DNA from: an uncultured Rhodobacteraceae bacterium
GTDB lineage: Bacteria; Pseudomonadota; Alphaproteobacteria; Rhodobacterales; Rhodobacteraceae
NCBI GenBank assembly: GCA_947498645.1
Contig: CANMKS010000001.1
Span: 780,032 to 844,031, forward strand
Reading direction: 5' to 3'
DNA length: 64,000 nucleotides
This document shows positions 29,090 to 38,157 of the stretch, in pieces. The notes below the pieces were generated by a model. That model was not told the DNA's origin. It made no database searches and saw nothing but the letters and a program-made list of their open reading frames with translations. The stretch's first letter is position 1. Each line of letters starts with the position of its first letter. The position numbers and the translations under genes are program-made.

Positions 29090-29335
29090 ATGCAGATTAT
29101 TCACGCGGCTACCGTCCGTCATCCCAAAGGCAATCCAAGTTGGTGCGCACGCATCTTTGATGCCAAGGCCGCCCGCACCGGCGGCATCGTGCGCCGCGCC
29201 GTCAGAGATGTCGAACGTGAGATTGGCCGCCCCGCCTTTGTGCAAGAGGTCAGTCGCCGGGGCTTTCATCTGGTGGAATGCGGCGGGCAATTCATCGTCA
29301 TCTGCAACGCCGGTGAAATGATCGTCCACACTTGA
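29090..29335 (+). CDS. Small conserved hypothetical protein (81 aa)
   Basis: IFDAKAARTGGIVRRAVRDVEREIG...RRGFHLVECGGQFIVICN resembles a small Roseobacter protein family I recall; not verified. Confidence 0.5.
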   Translation: MQIIHAATVRHPKGNPSWCARIFDAKAARTGGIVRRAVRDVEREIGRPAFVQEVSRRGFHLVECGGQFIVICNAGEMIVHT

Positions 29336-29400
29336 AGTGCAATAATCTTCGTCCGAAGATTATTGCACCGGCCCAAGAATTTTTGTCAAAAATTCTTGGG

Positions 29401-30705
29401 CTACTCTGCCGCGACCGCACCGGGATTATTCGGATGCGTCGTCCAGTTGGCGTATTCCTTTTCCACAACCTTCCCTGTCCGCGGATCAACCTCACCCGGT
29501 GCCATCGGCTCCATCGTGATGCAGCCTTCTACCGGGCAGACATCAACGCATAGGTTACAGGCGACGCATTCTTCGTCAATCACGCGAAAGGTCCGATCAT
29601 CCGACATCGCAATCGCCTGATGGCTCGTATCTTCACAGGCCGCATAGCAGCGTCCGCATTTGATGCAATCGTCCTGTGAAATCTTGGCCTTGGCAACATA
29701 ATTGAGGTTCAGATACTGCCAATCGGTGACATTCGGCACGGCGCGGCCCACAACCTCTTCAACCGAAGTATAGCCTTTTTCGTCCATCCATTGTGACAAT
29801 CCGCTGATCATCTCTTGCACGACCTTGAAACCATAGGTCATGGCCGCCGTGCAGACCTGCACATTGCCACACCCAAGACTAATGAACTCTGCCGCATCGC
29901 GCCATGTTGTGATCCCGCCGATGCCGCTAATGGGCAAGCCGTGGGTTTCTGGGTTGCGCGCAATTTCCGACACCATCGACATGGCGATGGGTTTGACAGC
30001 CGGGCCACAATATCCACCATGTGATCCCTTGCCGTCAATCGAGGGCTCCGGCGACATCGTGTCGAGGTTGACAGAGGTAATCGAATTGATCGTGTTGATC
30101 AGGCTCACCGCATCCGCGCCGCCGCGCATGGCCGCCGCAGCGGGTTTGCGCACGTCGGTGATGTTCGGCGTCAGTTTCACGATGACCGGCTTGTCATAAT
30201 ATTGCTTGCACCAGCGGGTCACCATTTCGATGTATTCGGGCACCTGACCCACGGCGGCCCCCATGCCCCGTTCACTCATCCCATGCGGGCAGCCAAAGTT
30301 CAGCTCAATCCCGTCTGCGCCAGTGGCTGCCACGCGGGGGAGGATGTCTTTCCATGCCTGTTCTTCACAAGGCACCATGATTGACACGATCATCGCGCGA
30401 TCAGGATAGTCGGCCTTCACGCGGGTAATTTCTTCGAGGTTAGTTTCCAGCGGGCGATCCGTGATCAGCTCGATGTTATTGAGACCCAGCAACCGCCGAT
30501 CCGCCCCGTAAATCGCGCCATAGCGGGGGCCGTTGACGTTGACAACGGGAGGGCCCTCCGCACCCAGAGTTTTCCAGACGACGCCACCCCAACCGGCCTC
30601 AAACGCGCGGCGGACGTTGTATTCTTTATCCGTCGGCGGGGCCGAGGCCAGCCAAAACGGGTTGGGGGATTTGATCCCCAGAAAGTCAGTTGTCAGATCA
30701 GCCAT
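29401..30705 (-). CDS. preA: NAD-dependent dihydropyrimidine dehydrogenase subunit PreA
   Basis: NPFWLASAPPT, ELNFGCPHGM, KLTPN, GYCGPAVKP and two 4Fe-4S motifs (CIKCGRC, CVACNLC). Confidence 0.95.
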   Translation of the reverse strand: MADLTTDFLGIKSPNPFWLASAPPTDKEYNVRRAFEAGWGGVVWKTLGAEGPPVVNVNGPRYGAIYGADRRLLGLNNIELITDRPLETNLEEITRVKADYPDRAMIVSIMVPCEEQAWKDILPRVAATGADGIELNFGCPHGMSERGMGAAVGQVPEYIEMVTRWCKQYYDKPVIVKLTPNITDVRKPAAAAMRGGADAVSLINTINSITSVNLDTMSPEPSIDGKGSHGGYCGPAVKPIAMSMVSEIARNPETHGLPISGIGGITTWRDAAEFISLGCGNVQVCTAAMTYGFKVVQEMISGLSQWMDEKGYTSVEEVVGRAVPNVTDWQYLNLNYVAKAKISQDDCIKCGRCYAACEDTSHQAIAMSDDRTFRVIDEECVACNLCVDVCPVEGCITMEPMAPGEVDPRTGKVVEKEYANWTTHPNNPGAVAAE

Positions 30706-30762
30706 ATCGGTGTCCCTTTCTGTCGCTCCGGGCGATGTGTCTTGCCACTTGGAAAGGCATCC

Positions 30763-31596
30763 TCATGTGGCCTTATCAAATATCATTTCTACAGGAGCGA
30801 TCCGGTGCTCTTCGACATTCGCCACGTAGTTTTTGAGCTTTTCGCCGGCCCTGTCACCCATCAACAGATGAATGCCCAGGGGCGGTGGGCCGCCGGACTT
30901 CTCCATCGCGGCGAAGACGTTTGCAAAAAAGCTCAATGTAAAGTCGCGGCGATAGCGTTGCGCATGCAGCGAAAGACCCGCCGCTGCGGCCGCGCCAATA
31001 TAAGTCGCTGCAGGTTCAACATGTGAGTTTTCAGGCACATCAGACCAAGGCAGCGGGAATACCAATGGGTCCGCGCTATCATCTTGCATGACATCAAACA
31101 GCGCAAACTGACCCCCGGTCCTAAGCACCCGGCACACTTCGGCGAAGAGCCTTTCCTTGTCGGCGATATTCATGCCCACATGGAACATCGTCACAAGGTC
31201 AAAGCTCCCCCCATCCATCGGCAAATCAACGGCAGAGGCCACTTCCAGTGCAATTGCCTCGTCCAGGTGGACACGGGCGTTGAGCGCTTGGCCAACCTCG
31301 ACAAATACCGGCGTCAGATCGATCCCTGTGACATGCGCCCCATATCGATGAACAATGTGCCGGGCCGTTCCGCCCAAACCGCATCCGATGTCCAAAACCC
31401 TGGTGTCCGCCGAAATCTCCAGCTGAGACAGCAGGGCGTCCGTCGCCTCCAACCCTCCGGTATGAAACTCATCGACAGGTTTGAGGTCATCCACGGTGAC
31501 GGTTTCGACACCTTGTTTCTTGAGTGCCTCATCAATGCCAGCCAGCAAATCTTGCGTAGTGTAATGCGCGGCCACACGGTGTTCGAGCGTTTCCAT
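30763..31596 (-). CDS. Class I SAM-dependent methyltransferase (sarcosine/dimethylglycine N-methyltransferase-like)
   Basis: DEFHTGG, VLDIGCGLGG, FDLVTMFHVGMNI..K motifs; ATG 31596 preceded by GGAG (alternative start 31632). Confidence 0.8.
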   Translation of the reverse strand: METLEHRVAAHYTTQDLLAGIDEALKKQGVETVTVDDLKPVDEFHTGGLEATDALLSQLEISADTRVLDIGCGLGGTARHIVHRYGAHVTGIDLTPVFVEVGQALNARVHLDEAIALEVASAVDLPMDGGSFDLVTMFHVGMNIADKERLFAEVCRVLRTGGQFALFDVMQDDSADPLVFPLPWSDVPENSHVEPAATYIGAAAAAGLSLHAQRYRRDFTLSFFANVFAAMEKSGGPPPLGIHLLMGDRAGEKLKNYVANVEEHRIAPVEMIFDKAT

Positions 31597-31640
31597 CTCT
31601 CTCTCCAGCGTTGCAATTCCTAGGTCCAGCATAGCACAAA

Positions 31641-32969
31641 TCAGGCCGAGAGCATTGCGTGTATATCCATCGCCGCATCGCGGCCTTCGGCAACGGCTGT
31701 CACGGTCAAATCATCGCCGCCGCTGGCACAATCGCCACCAGCCCAAACACCGGCACGACTGGTGCGACCCGCGCCGGTGACAGCAATCTTGCGACCGTCC
31801 ATTTCCAACCCACCATTGGTGGTCAGCGTTTGACCAATCGCCTTGAACACCTGATCCGCGGCCAGACGCACGGTTTCACCTGTGCCCTTCAAACCGCTGC
31901 CATCGTCGCTGGTGTATTCCAATTCGATCTCGCACACCGCGCCATTGCCATGAATGGCAACGGGTTGGGCGTTGAACATCAGGCGGACACCTTTGGAAGC
32001 GGCAAGGTCTTGTTCGTATTCACTGGCGCTCATGCTTTCGCGACCGCGCCGATAGGCAATTGTCACGTTCTGCGCTCCCAGCAGTTTCGACTGCACAGCG
32101 GCATCCACCGCCGTCATACCGCCACCAATCACCACCACATCGCGGCCGACTGGCAGGGCTGTCAGATCACTGGCCTGCCGCAATTCTTTGATGAAATCGA
32201 CAGCATCGCGCACGCCTTCCTTGTCCTCGCCCGCGCTGCGCAAGGCGTTCACACCGCCCAAACCAACGGCAAGGAAAACGGCAGAAAAGCCGTCAACCAG
32301 ATCATCCAACACGAGTTGTTCGCCCAGACGCATGCCGGTCTTGATGGTGATCCCGCCGATACCAAGCAACCAATCCACCTCGCGCGCTGCAAAATCATCG
32401 GTGGATTTATAGGCGGCGATCCCAAATTCATTCAGGCCGCCCGCCTTGGCCTCTGCATCATAAATCGTGACGTCATGGCCATGCATGGCCACACGATGCG
32501 CACAGGCCATCCCCGCAGGGCCCGCCCCCACAACAGCAACCTTCTTGCCGGTTTCGGGCGCACGTTCATAAGGATGGCTTTGCTTGGCCATCAGCGTATC
32601 GGTGGCGTGGCGCTGCAAGCGGCCAATCTCTACGGGTTTGCCTTCGGCCAGTTCGCGCACGCAAGCCTGTTCGCACAAGTCCTCTGTCGGGCAGACGCGG
32701 GCGCACATCCCGCCAAGGATATTCTGATCAAAGATCGTTTTCGCCGCAGCCTCGGGCGTGCCGGTGCTGATCTGGCGGATAAACAGGGGGATATCAATGT
32801 CGGTTGGGCAAGCCGTCACACAGGGGGCATCATGGCAAAAATAACAGCGATCCGCGGCGACTGCCGCCTCATGCGGGGCAAATGGCGCGTGCAGATCGTC
32901 GAAATTCTCCGCCAGTGTTTCAGCGGGCAAACGGGCCTTGGCGATACCGGGCGTCATGGGTGTGGACAT
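31641..32969 (-). CDS. preT: NAD-dependent dihydropyrimidine dehydrogenase subunit PreT
   Basis: RCYFCHDAPC..ACPT, CARVCPTE.LCE, GAGPAG and GGGMTAVDAA motifs. Confidence 0.92.
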   Translation of the reverse strand: MSTPMTPGIAKARLPAETLAENFDDLHAPFAPHEAAVAADRCYFCHDAPCVTACPTDIDIPLFIRQISTGTPEAAAKTIFDQNILGGMCARVCPTEDLCEQACVRELAEGKPVEIGRLQRHATDTLMAKQSHPYERAPETGKKVAVVGAGPAGMACAHRVAMHGHDVTIYDAEAKAGGLNEFGIAAYKSTDDFAAREVDWLLGIGGITIKTGMRLGEQLVLDDLVDGFSAVFLAVGLGGVNALRSAGEDKEGVRDAVDFIKELRQASDLTALPVGRDVVVIGGGMTAVDAAVQSKLLGAQNVTIAYRRGRESMSASEYEQDLAASKGVRLMFNAQPVAIHGNGAVCEIELEYTSDDGSGLKGTGETVRLAADQVFKAIGQTLTTNGGLEMDGRKIAVTGAGRTSRAGVWAGGDCASGGDDLTVTAVAEGRDAAMDIHAMLSA

Positions 32970-33019
32970 GGCTGCTTCCTGTCGTGGCTTGTCGCAAACA
33001 GCCTGCCACAGTTTTATTT

Positions 33020-33035
33020 TTTATCAAATGGTAAA
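33020..33035. promoter_or_regulatory. Probable second RutR operator upstream of preT
   Basis: TTTATCAaaTGGTAAA, a near-palindrome with the same 7-2-7 geometry as 28313-28328, about 50 bp upstream of the preT start. Confidence 0.65.
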
Positions 33036-33088
33036 TTTTTTGCAGATCGTGAAAGGCAGAACTTTGCGCCTGTTTGCACGCCGTCGGA

Positions 33089-33127
33089 GCCTCCGGCGGA
33101 GATATTTTTGAACAAAAGAATGAAGGG
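33089..33127 (-). repeat. REP-like dispersed repeat, copy B
   Basis: Reverse complement of 33089-33120 equals 54086-54117 exactly over 32 bp (TTCTTTTGTTCAAAAATATCTCCGCCGGAGGC). Confidence 0.85.
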
Positions 33128-33133
33128 CTTAGC

Positions 33134-34042
33134 TTACAAATGAAACGGTTCAGTTGTGATCCGCTTGCCCAGTGTCAGGGCGTCGGCAACATGCACCATG
33201 GGCATCAGATCAACCTCGGACGCCCCGGATTCTACCAGTTCCGCCATCCGCGCATAAAGCCATGGGTATTCGCCAAGGCCGGCAACCGGCACGTCCTCGC
33301 CCCGGATTTGCAACCGCGCCCCGCCGTCGGTCAGCCCCAGCGAACCGGCGGATGTGTCCACTGTGATATCCCAGCTTTGCGGCCCTTCCTGACGCCAGTC
33401 GAAGTCACCCGTCACATTGCCCGACCATTGCATCTGCGCCGCAATCGGCGTGTCACAATTTTCGGGAAAATGCAGCTCTGCCGATTGCAGGTGCATCGGC
33501 TGTGGCAAAATCTCGGTGATGATCGAGAGCGCGTTGATACCGGGATCAAAGACACCCATCCCACCGGGCTCAAACACCCAATGCTGGCCCGGATGCCAAC
33601 GACGCACGTCTTCTTTCCAGTTGATATGTGCGCCGGTGATGGTCTTGTCGGCCAGCCACGCCTTGGCCGGGGCGACCCCATCAGCCATGCGGCTATGCCA
33701 GGTCGTATAAAGCGTGACGCCCATCGCCCCGGCCATATCGGCCAGCGCATGTACCTCGGCCACTGTTGCACCGGGCGGCTTTTCCAACATCACATGACGC
33801 CCCGCCGCAATGGCCTTCGCGGCGTATGTGTAACGCGGCACCGGCGGCAGGCAGAGCGAAATGACCGGAATATCCGACCGCTCTGCCAGCATCTGATCGA
33901 AATCAGTAAAGGCTTGCACCCCGTCAACAGTCCCCGCGCGGCTGACCGTTGCCGCCAGTTCCCAGTCAGCACTGCCATTGATCGCAGGCACATGCTGGTC
34001 ACGGGCGATCTTGCCGATCCCAACCAGACAAATCGGTGTCAT
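33134..34042 (-). CDS. Gfo/Idh/MocA oxidoreductase (D-galactose/L-arabinose 1-dehydrogenase-like)
   Basis: LVGIGKIARDQH, MLEKPP, WKEDVRRWHPGQ and DPGINALS motifs; coupled to the dehydratase. Confidence 0.85.
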   Translation of the reverse strand: MTPICLVGIGKIARDQHVPAINGSADWELAATVSRAGTVDGVQAFTDFDQMLAERSDIPVISLCLPPVPRYTYAAKAIAAGRHVMLEKPPGATVAEVHALADMAGAMGVTLYTTWHSRMADGVAPAKAWLADKTITGAHINWKEDVRRWHPGQHWVFEPGGMGVFDPGINALSIITEILPQPMHLQSAELHFPENCDTPIAAQMQWSGNVTGDFDWRQEGPQSWDITVDTSAGSLGLTDGGARLQIRGEDVPVAGLGEYPWLYARMAELVESGASEVDLMPMVHVADALTLGKRITTEPFHL

Positions 34043-35799
34043 CAGTGTGCTTCCTTGCCAACCGCATTGCCGCGATGACCGACGAGGAAGTCGAAATCAG
34101 CCCCGGTGTCAGCCCCCATGACCCTGTCATGATACAGCATCGCATAGCCGCTTTCAGGCCGTGGGTTGGCACCGGATTTCTCGGCCGACCAATCGGCCAG
34201 ACGCGCGGCCAGTTCTTCATCCGTGATATCCAGATGCAACCGGCGGCCTTCGACGTCCAACTCGATCATATCGCCCGATTGCACGACGGCCAGCGGGCCA
34301 CCGCGCGCTGCCTCGGGCGAGGTATGCAGCACCACGGTCCCAAACGCTGTACCCGACATGCGCGCGTCAGAGATGCGCACCATATCGGTGATCCCTTTCT
34401 TGAGGATCTTGGGCGGCAGCCCCATGTTCCCGACCTCGGCCATGCCCGGATAACCGCGCGGGCCGCAGTTTTTCAGGACCATGACGCAGGTTTCGTCAAT
34501 ATCAAGATCATCATCATTGATGCGCGCCTTGTAGTCGTCGATATCCTCAAACACGACAGCCCGCCCACGGTGCTGCATCAATTCGGGCGTTGCGGCAGAG
34601 GGTTTCAACACCGCACCACCTGGCGCAAGGTTTCCGCGCAACACGGCAATGCCGCCGGATTTGGTCAGCGCCCTTTCGACCGGCAGGATCACGTCCTCAT
34701 TCCAGTTTTTGACATCCTTGACCTCATCCCACATTGATCCGCCTGAAACGGTCAGCGCATCTTTGTGCAGCAGACCAGCCTCGCCCAGACGCTTGATCAC
34801 GACAGGCAAGCCGCCAGCGTAGAAAAACTCTTCCATCAGGTATTTGCCCGACGGCATCAGATTCAGGATCGTTGGCACATCGCGCCCCAGCCGATCCCAG
34901 TCATCCAGCGTCAGATCAACATTTGCGGTGCGGCCCGCCATGGCAAGCAGGTGCACCACCGCGTTGGTGGACCCCCCAATGGCAGCATTGGTGCGGATCG
35001 CGTTTTCGAATGCGTCCTTGGTCATGATGTCCGAAGGCTTCAGATCATCCTTAACCATCTGGACGATACGGCGGCCCGTGATATGGGCCATCACACGGCG
35101 GCGGCTGTCCACCGCCGGGATTGCTGCATTCCCTGACAACGCCATGCCCAGCGCCTCGGCCATGGAGGCCATAGTGCTGGCGGTGCCCATCGTGTTGCAC
35201 GATCCCGCAGAGCGGGACATGGATGCCTCGGCCTCAACGAATTCTTCCGCTGTCATTTCACCCGCGCGCACGGCCTCGGAGAATTTCCAAAGGTGGGTGC
35301 CAGAGCCGACACGTTCCCCCCGAAAATGCCCGTTGAGCATTGGGCCCCCAGAAACAACAATGGCAGGCAGATCGACGGATGCCGCGCCCATTAACAGCGC
35401 AGGCGTGGTCTTGTCACAACCAGCCAGCAAAACGACACCATCCATCGACATGCCACGAATGGCCTCTTCCACGTCCATCGCGCACATATTGCGGTACATC
35501 ATCGCGGTGGGGCGCAGGCTCGACTCAGCAGGAGAGAACACAGGAAACTCCACAGGAAAACCACCCGCCTCATAAATCCCGAATTTCACCTTCTCGGCCA
35601 AATCACGCAGGTGGGCGTTGCAGGGCGTCAACTCTGACCATGTATTGCAAATACCGACAACAGGACGCCCATCCAGCAGGTCCGCAGGCAAGCCCTGGTT
35701 CTTCATCCATGACCGGTGATAGATCGCGTCCTTGGACGTGCCACCGAACCATTCCTGTGAACGCAGTTTACGGGGCCACTTGGCGGGCTTGAAAGCCAT
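34042..35799 (-). CDS. araD: IlvD/Edd-family sugar-acid dehydratase (L-arabinonate dehydratase-like)
   Basis: NTWSELTPCN, GCDKTTP, CNTMGTAS, GGSTNAV and DARMSGTAFG motifs. Confidence 0.82.
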   Translation of the reverse strand: MAFKPAKWPRKLRSQEWFGGTSKDAIYHRSWMKNQGLPADLLDGRPVVGICNTWSELTPCNAHLRDLAEKVKFGIYEAGGFPVEFPVFSPAESSLRPTAMMYRNMCAMDVEEAIRGMSMDGVVLLAGCDKTTPALLMGAASVDLPAIVVSGGPMLNGHFRGERVGSGTHLWKFSEAVRAGEMTAEEFVEAEASMSRSAGSCNTMGTASTMASMAEALGMALSGNAAIPAVDSRRRVMAHITGRRIVQMVKDDLKPSDIMTKDAFENAIRTNAAIGGSTNAVVHLLAMAGRTANVDLTLDDWDRLGRDVPTILNLMPSGKYLMEEFFYAGGLPVVIKRLGEAGLLHKDALTVSGGSMWDEVKDVKNWNEDVILPVERALTKSGGIAVLRGNLAPGGAVLKPSAATPELMQHRGRAVVFEDIDDYKARINDDDLDIDETCVMVLKNCGPRGYPGMAEVGNMGLPPKILKKGITDMVRISDARMSGTAFGTVVLHTSPEAARGGPLAVVQSGDMIELDVEGRRLHLDITDEELAARLADWSAEKSGANPRPESGYAMLYHDRVMGADTGADFDFLVGHRGNAVGKEAH

Positions 35800-35868
35800 G
35801 TTCTTTTCCTTTGACGGGATTGCTGTCTTATCCTTAGCGTGGGCATCAGACAAATCCAAGGAGCGGCC

Positions 35869-36618
35869 ATGAACCAGCACGCACAAAACATGACACATTG
35901 GGCCGAGCGTGTGGATATGGCCGCCGCCTTTCGCTGGACAGCACGGTTAAACATGCACGAAGGGGTGGCCAACCACTTTAGCCTTGCGATCAACGACGAT
36001 GGCACACAGTTCCTGATGAACCCCAATCAGATGCATTTTTCGCGGATCAAGGCCAGCGACATGATCACGGTCGATGCCTCTGATCCCGCAACGCTGTCAG
36101 GGCCAAACGCGCCGGACCCCACCGCATGGGGGTTGCATGGCGGCATCCACCGCCTTGTCCCTCACGCCCGCTGCGCGATGCATGTGCATTCCATCTTTGC
36201 CACGGTGCTTGCGTCATTGAAGGACAGCCGCCTGCCACCGATTGACCAGAACTGCTGCACCTTCTTTGACCGCTACGTGATTGACGACGGCTACGGCGGG
36301 CTGGCGTTTGAGGAAGAGGGCGCACGCTGTGCGGCACTTTTTGATGACCCAAAGAAAAAGGTCATGATCATGGGCAACCATGGCGTGCTGGTGATCGGTG
36401 CTACCGTCGCCGAGACTTTCAACCGGATGTATTATTTTGAACGCGCCTGCGAGACCTATATCCGCGCCCTGCAAACCGGGATGGAACTGCGGGTGCTACC
36501 CGATGACGTGGCCGAGAAAACCGCACAGGAACTGGAAGATTACCCCGAACAGGACCTGCGGCATCTCGCCGAACTCAAGGCGATCCTGGACGGGGAAGGG
36601 TCAGACTACAGCGCTTAG
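35869..36618 (+). CDS. Class II aldolase/adducin family protein
   Basis: ANHFS, TAWGLHGGIH, MHVHS and MGNHG motifs. Confidence 0.85.
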   Translation: MNQHAQNMTHWAERVDMAAAFRWTARLNMHEGVANHFSLAINDDGTQFLMNPNQMHFSRIKASDMITVDASDPATLSGPNAPDPTAWGLHGGIHRLVPHARCAMHVHSIFATVLASLKDSRLPPIDQNCCTFFDRYVIDDGYGGLAFEEEGARCAALFDDPKKKVMIMGNHGVLVIGATVAETFNRMYYFERACETYIRALQTGMELRVLPDDVAEKTAQELEDYPEQDLRHLAELKAILDGEGSDYSA

Positions 36619-37247
36619 GCTTTGCGAAAAATCACTAGCCGGGCCATGTCGTTGCGGTGTGCAGCATCCGCGCGGTCATCGTAGATGCGGACGTCGCGGT
36701 GGGTGAAGCCAGTGATCTGATCACCAAAAGCGGCGAAAGCAGCGGCGAACCCAGCCGAGGTAAAATGCACGGCGTTTACGGAAATCACAAAACATGCGCC
36801 GGGGGCCGCGACATCTAGCAGGTTTTGCAACGCATCGGGGCCGACATGGCCCAGCGTGAAGGTGCCAGCGCTGACAATCCCGGCATAAGGTGCGCCTTTG
36901 AGGTCAAGCGGCTGGGTGACATCGCCAACGAAAAGCCCGCGATAGTCGTCCTTGATCCGGGCAACCTGCAACATCTCTTCTGACAGGTCGATGCCGTCAA
37001 TCGGGCCCACGTTCAGCCCGCGCAGTAACGTATCAACCAACCCTGTGCCCGCGCCGACGTCCAGAACCGGTCCATCCCCACCCGCACCGGCAAAGGCCGC
37101 CGCTACTTCGCGCGGAAGTTGATACCCCTGCGCATCACTGAATCCGCTGTCGTAGCTATGCGACCAGTCACGATAAAGCTGTTTGACCTCTTCAGCTGAG
37201 GACATCGCATAAGCATCATCAAGATCGGGTACACGGACCATGATCAA
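36615..37247 (-). CDS. Class I SAM-dependent methyltransferase
   Basis: Y..W...YD, VLDVGAGTG, GIDLSEEML and SAGTFT.GHVG motifs. Confidence 0.82.
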   Translation of the reverse strand: MIMVRVPDLDDAYAMSSAEEVKQLYRDWSHSYDSGFSDAQGYQLPREVAAAFAGAGGDGPVLDVGAGTGLVDTLLRGLNVGPIDGIDLSEEMLQVARIKDDYRGLFVGDVTQPLDLKGAPYAGIVSAGTFTLGHVGPDALQNLLDVAAPGACFVISVNAVHFTSAGFAAAFAAFGDQITGFTHRDVRIYDDRADAAHRNDMARLVIFRKA

Positions 37248-37296
37248 ACGCTAGCACAGGCTTGCGCATTTGGGCTAGCTCAGGCACGAACCGGGC

Positions 37297-38157
37297 ATGA
37301 CACAGACGCTTCTTTCATTTGGGCATGGCTACAGCGCCCGCGCCCTGTCCCGCCTGCTGCTGCCGCAGGATTGGCGGATCATTGGCACAACCCGGTCCGA
37401 CGACAAGGCACCCCGCCTGATGAATGAAGGGGTTGAACCACGGATCTGGCCCGGGGCGGATATGATCCCGGCATTGAACGCAGCGACGCACGTGCTGATC
37501 TCTGCGGCACCGGGCGATGATGGCGATCCAGTGCTGGCCGAACTGCATGATGAAATCGCCAAACGCGCCGGACAGTTCGAATGGGTGGGCTATCTTTCGA
37601 CCACAGGCGTCTATGGCGATCATGGCGGCGATTGGGTTGACGAAAACACTGCCCTGACCCCCGCCACAAAACGGGGCATCGCACGGGTGAAGGCAGAAAC
37701 AGCATGGGCCGCCATCCCCGACCTGCCACTGCATATTTTCCGGCTTGCCGGCATCTACGGCCCCGGCCGTGGGCCGTTTGCCAAAGTGCGCAACGGAACT
37801 GCGCGACGCATCATCAAAAAGGGGCAGGTATTCAGCCGCACCCATGTGGCCGACATCGCGCGCGTGCTCGCGGCCTCCATCGCCAAACCCAACCCCGGTG
37901 CCGCCTATAACGTCTGCGACGACGATCCTGCACCACCGCAAGACGTGATCGCCTATGCGGCCGAATTGCTGGGCGTGCCGGCGCCAGAAGCGGTCGATTT
38001 CGCGCAGGCCGATATGTCGCCCATGGCGCGCAGCTTTTATGCGGAAAGCAAAAAGGTGCGGAACGACCGGATCAAGGATGAGCTGGGGGTAGAGCTGCTC
38101 TACCCCGACTACCGTGCAGGGCTTAAGGCGCTACTGGCGCAGGAAATCGGCGCCTGA
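37297..38157 (+). CDS. Atypical SDR / NAD-dependent epimerase (YeeZ-like)
   Basis: FGHGYSA, YLSTTGVYGD, FRLAGIYGPGR and FSRTHVADIA motifs. Confidence 0.85.
   Translation: MTQTLLSFGHGYSARALSRLLLPQDWRIIGTTRSDDKAPRLMNEGVEPRIWPGADMIPALNAATHVLISAAPGDDGDPVLAELHDEIAKRAGQFEWVGYLSTTGVYGDHGGDWVDENTALTPATKRGIARVKAETAWAAIPDLPLHIFRLAGIYGPGRGPFAKVRNGTARRIIKKGQVFSRTHVADIARVLAASIAKPNPGAAYNVCDDDPAPPQDVIAYAAELLGVPAPEAVDFAQADMSPMARSFYAESKKVRNDRIKDELGVELLYPDYRAGLKALLAQEIGA

Noticed and set aside
31659-34078. 494-aa and 334-aa plus-strand ORFs antisense to preT and the sugar dehydrogenase
   Set aside because: They mirror well-supported genes and have no recognisable domain.
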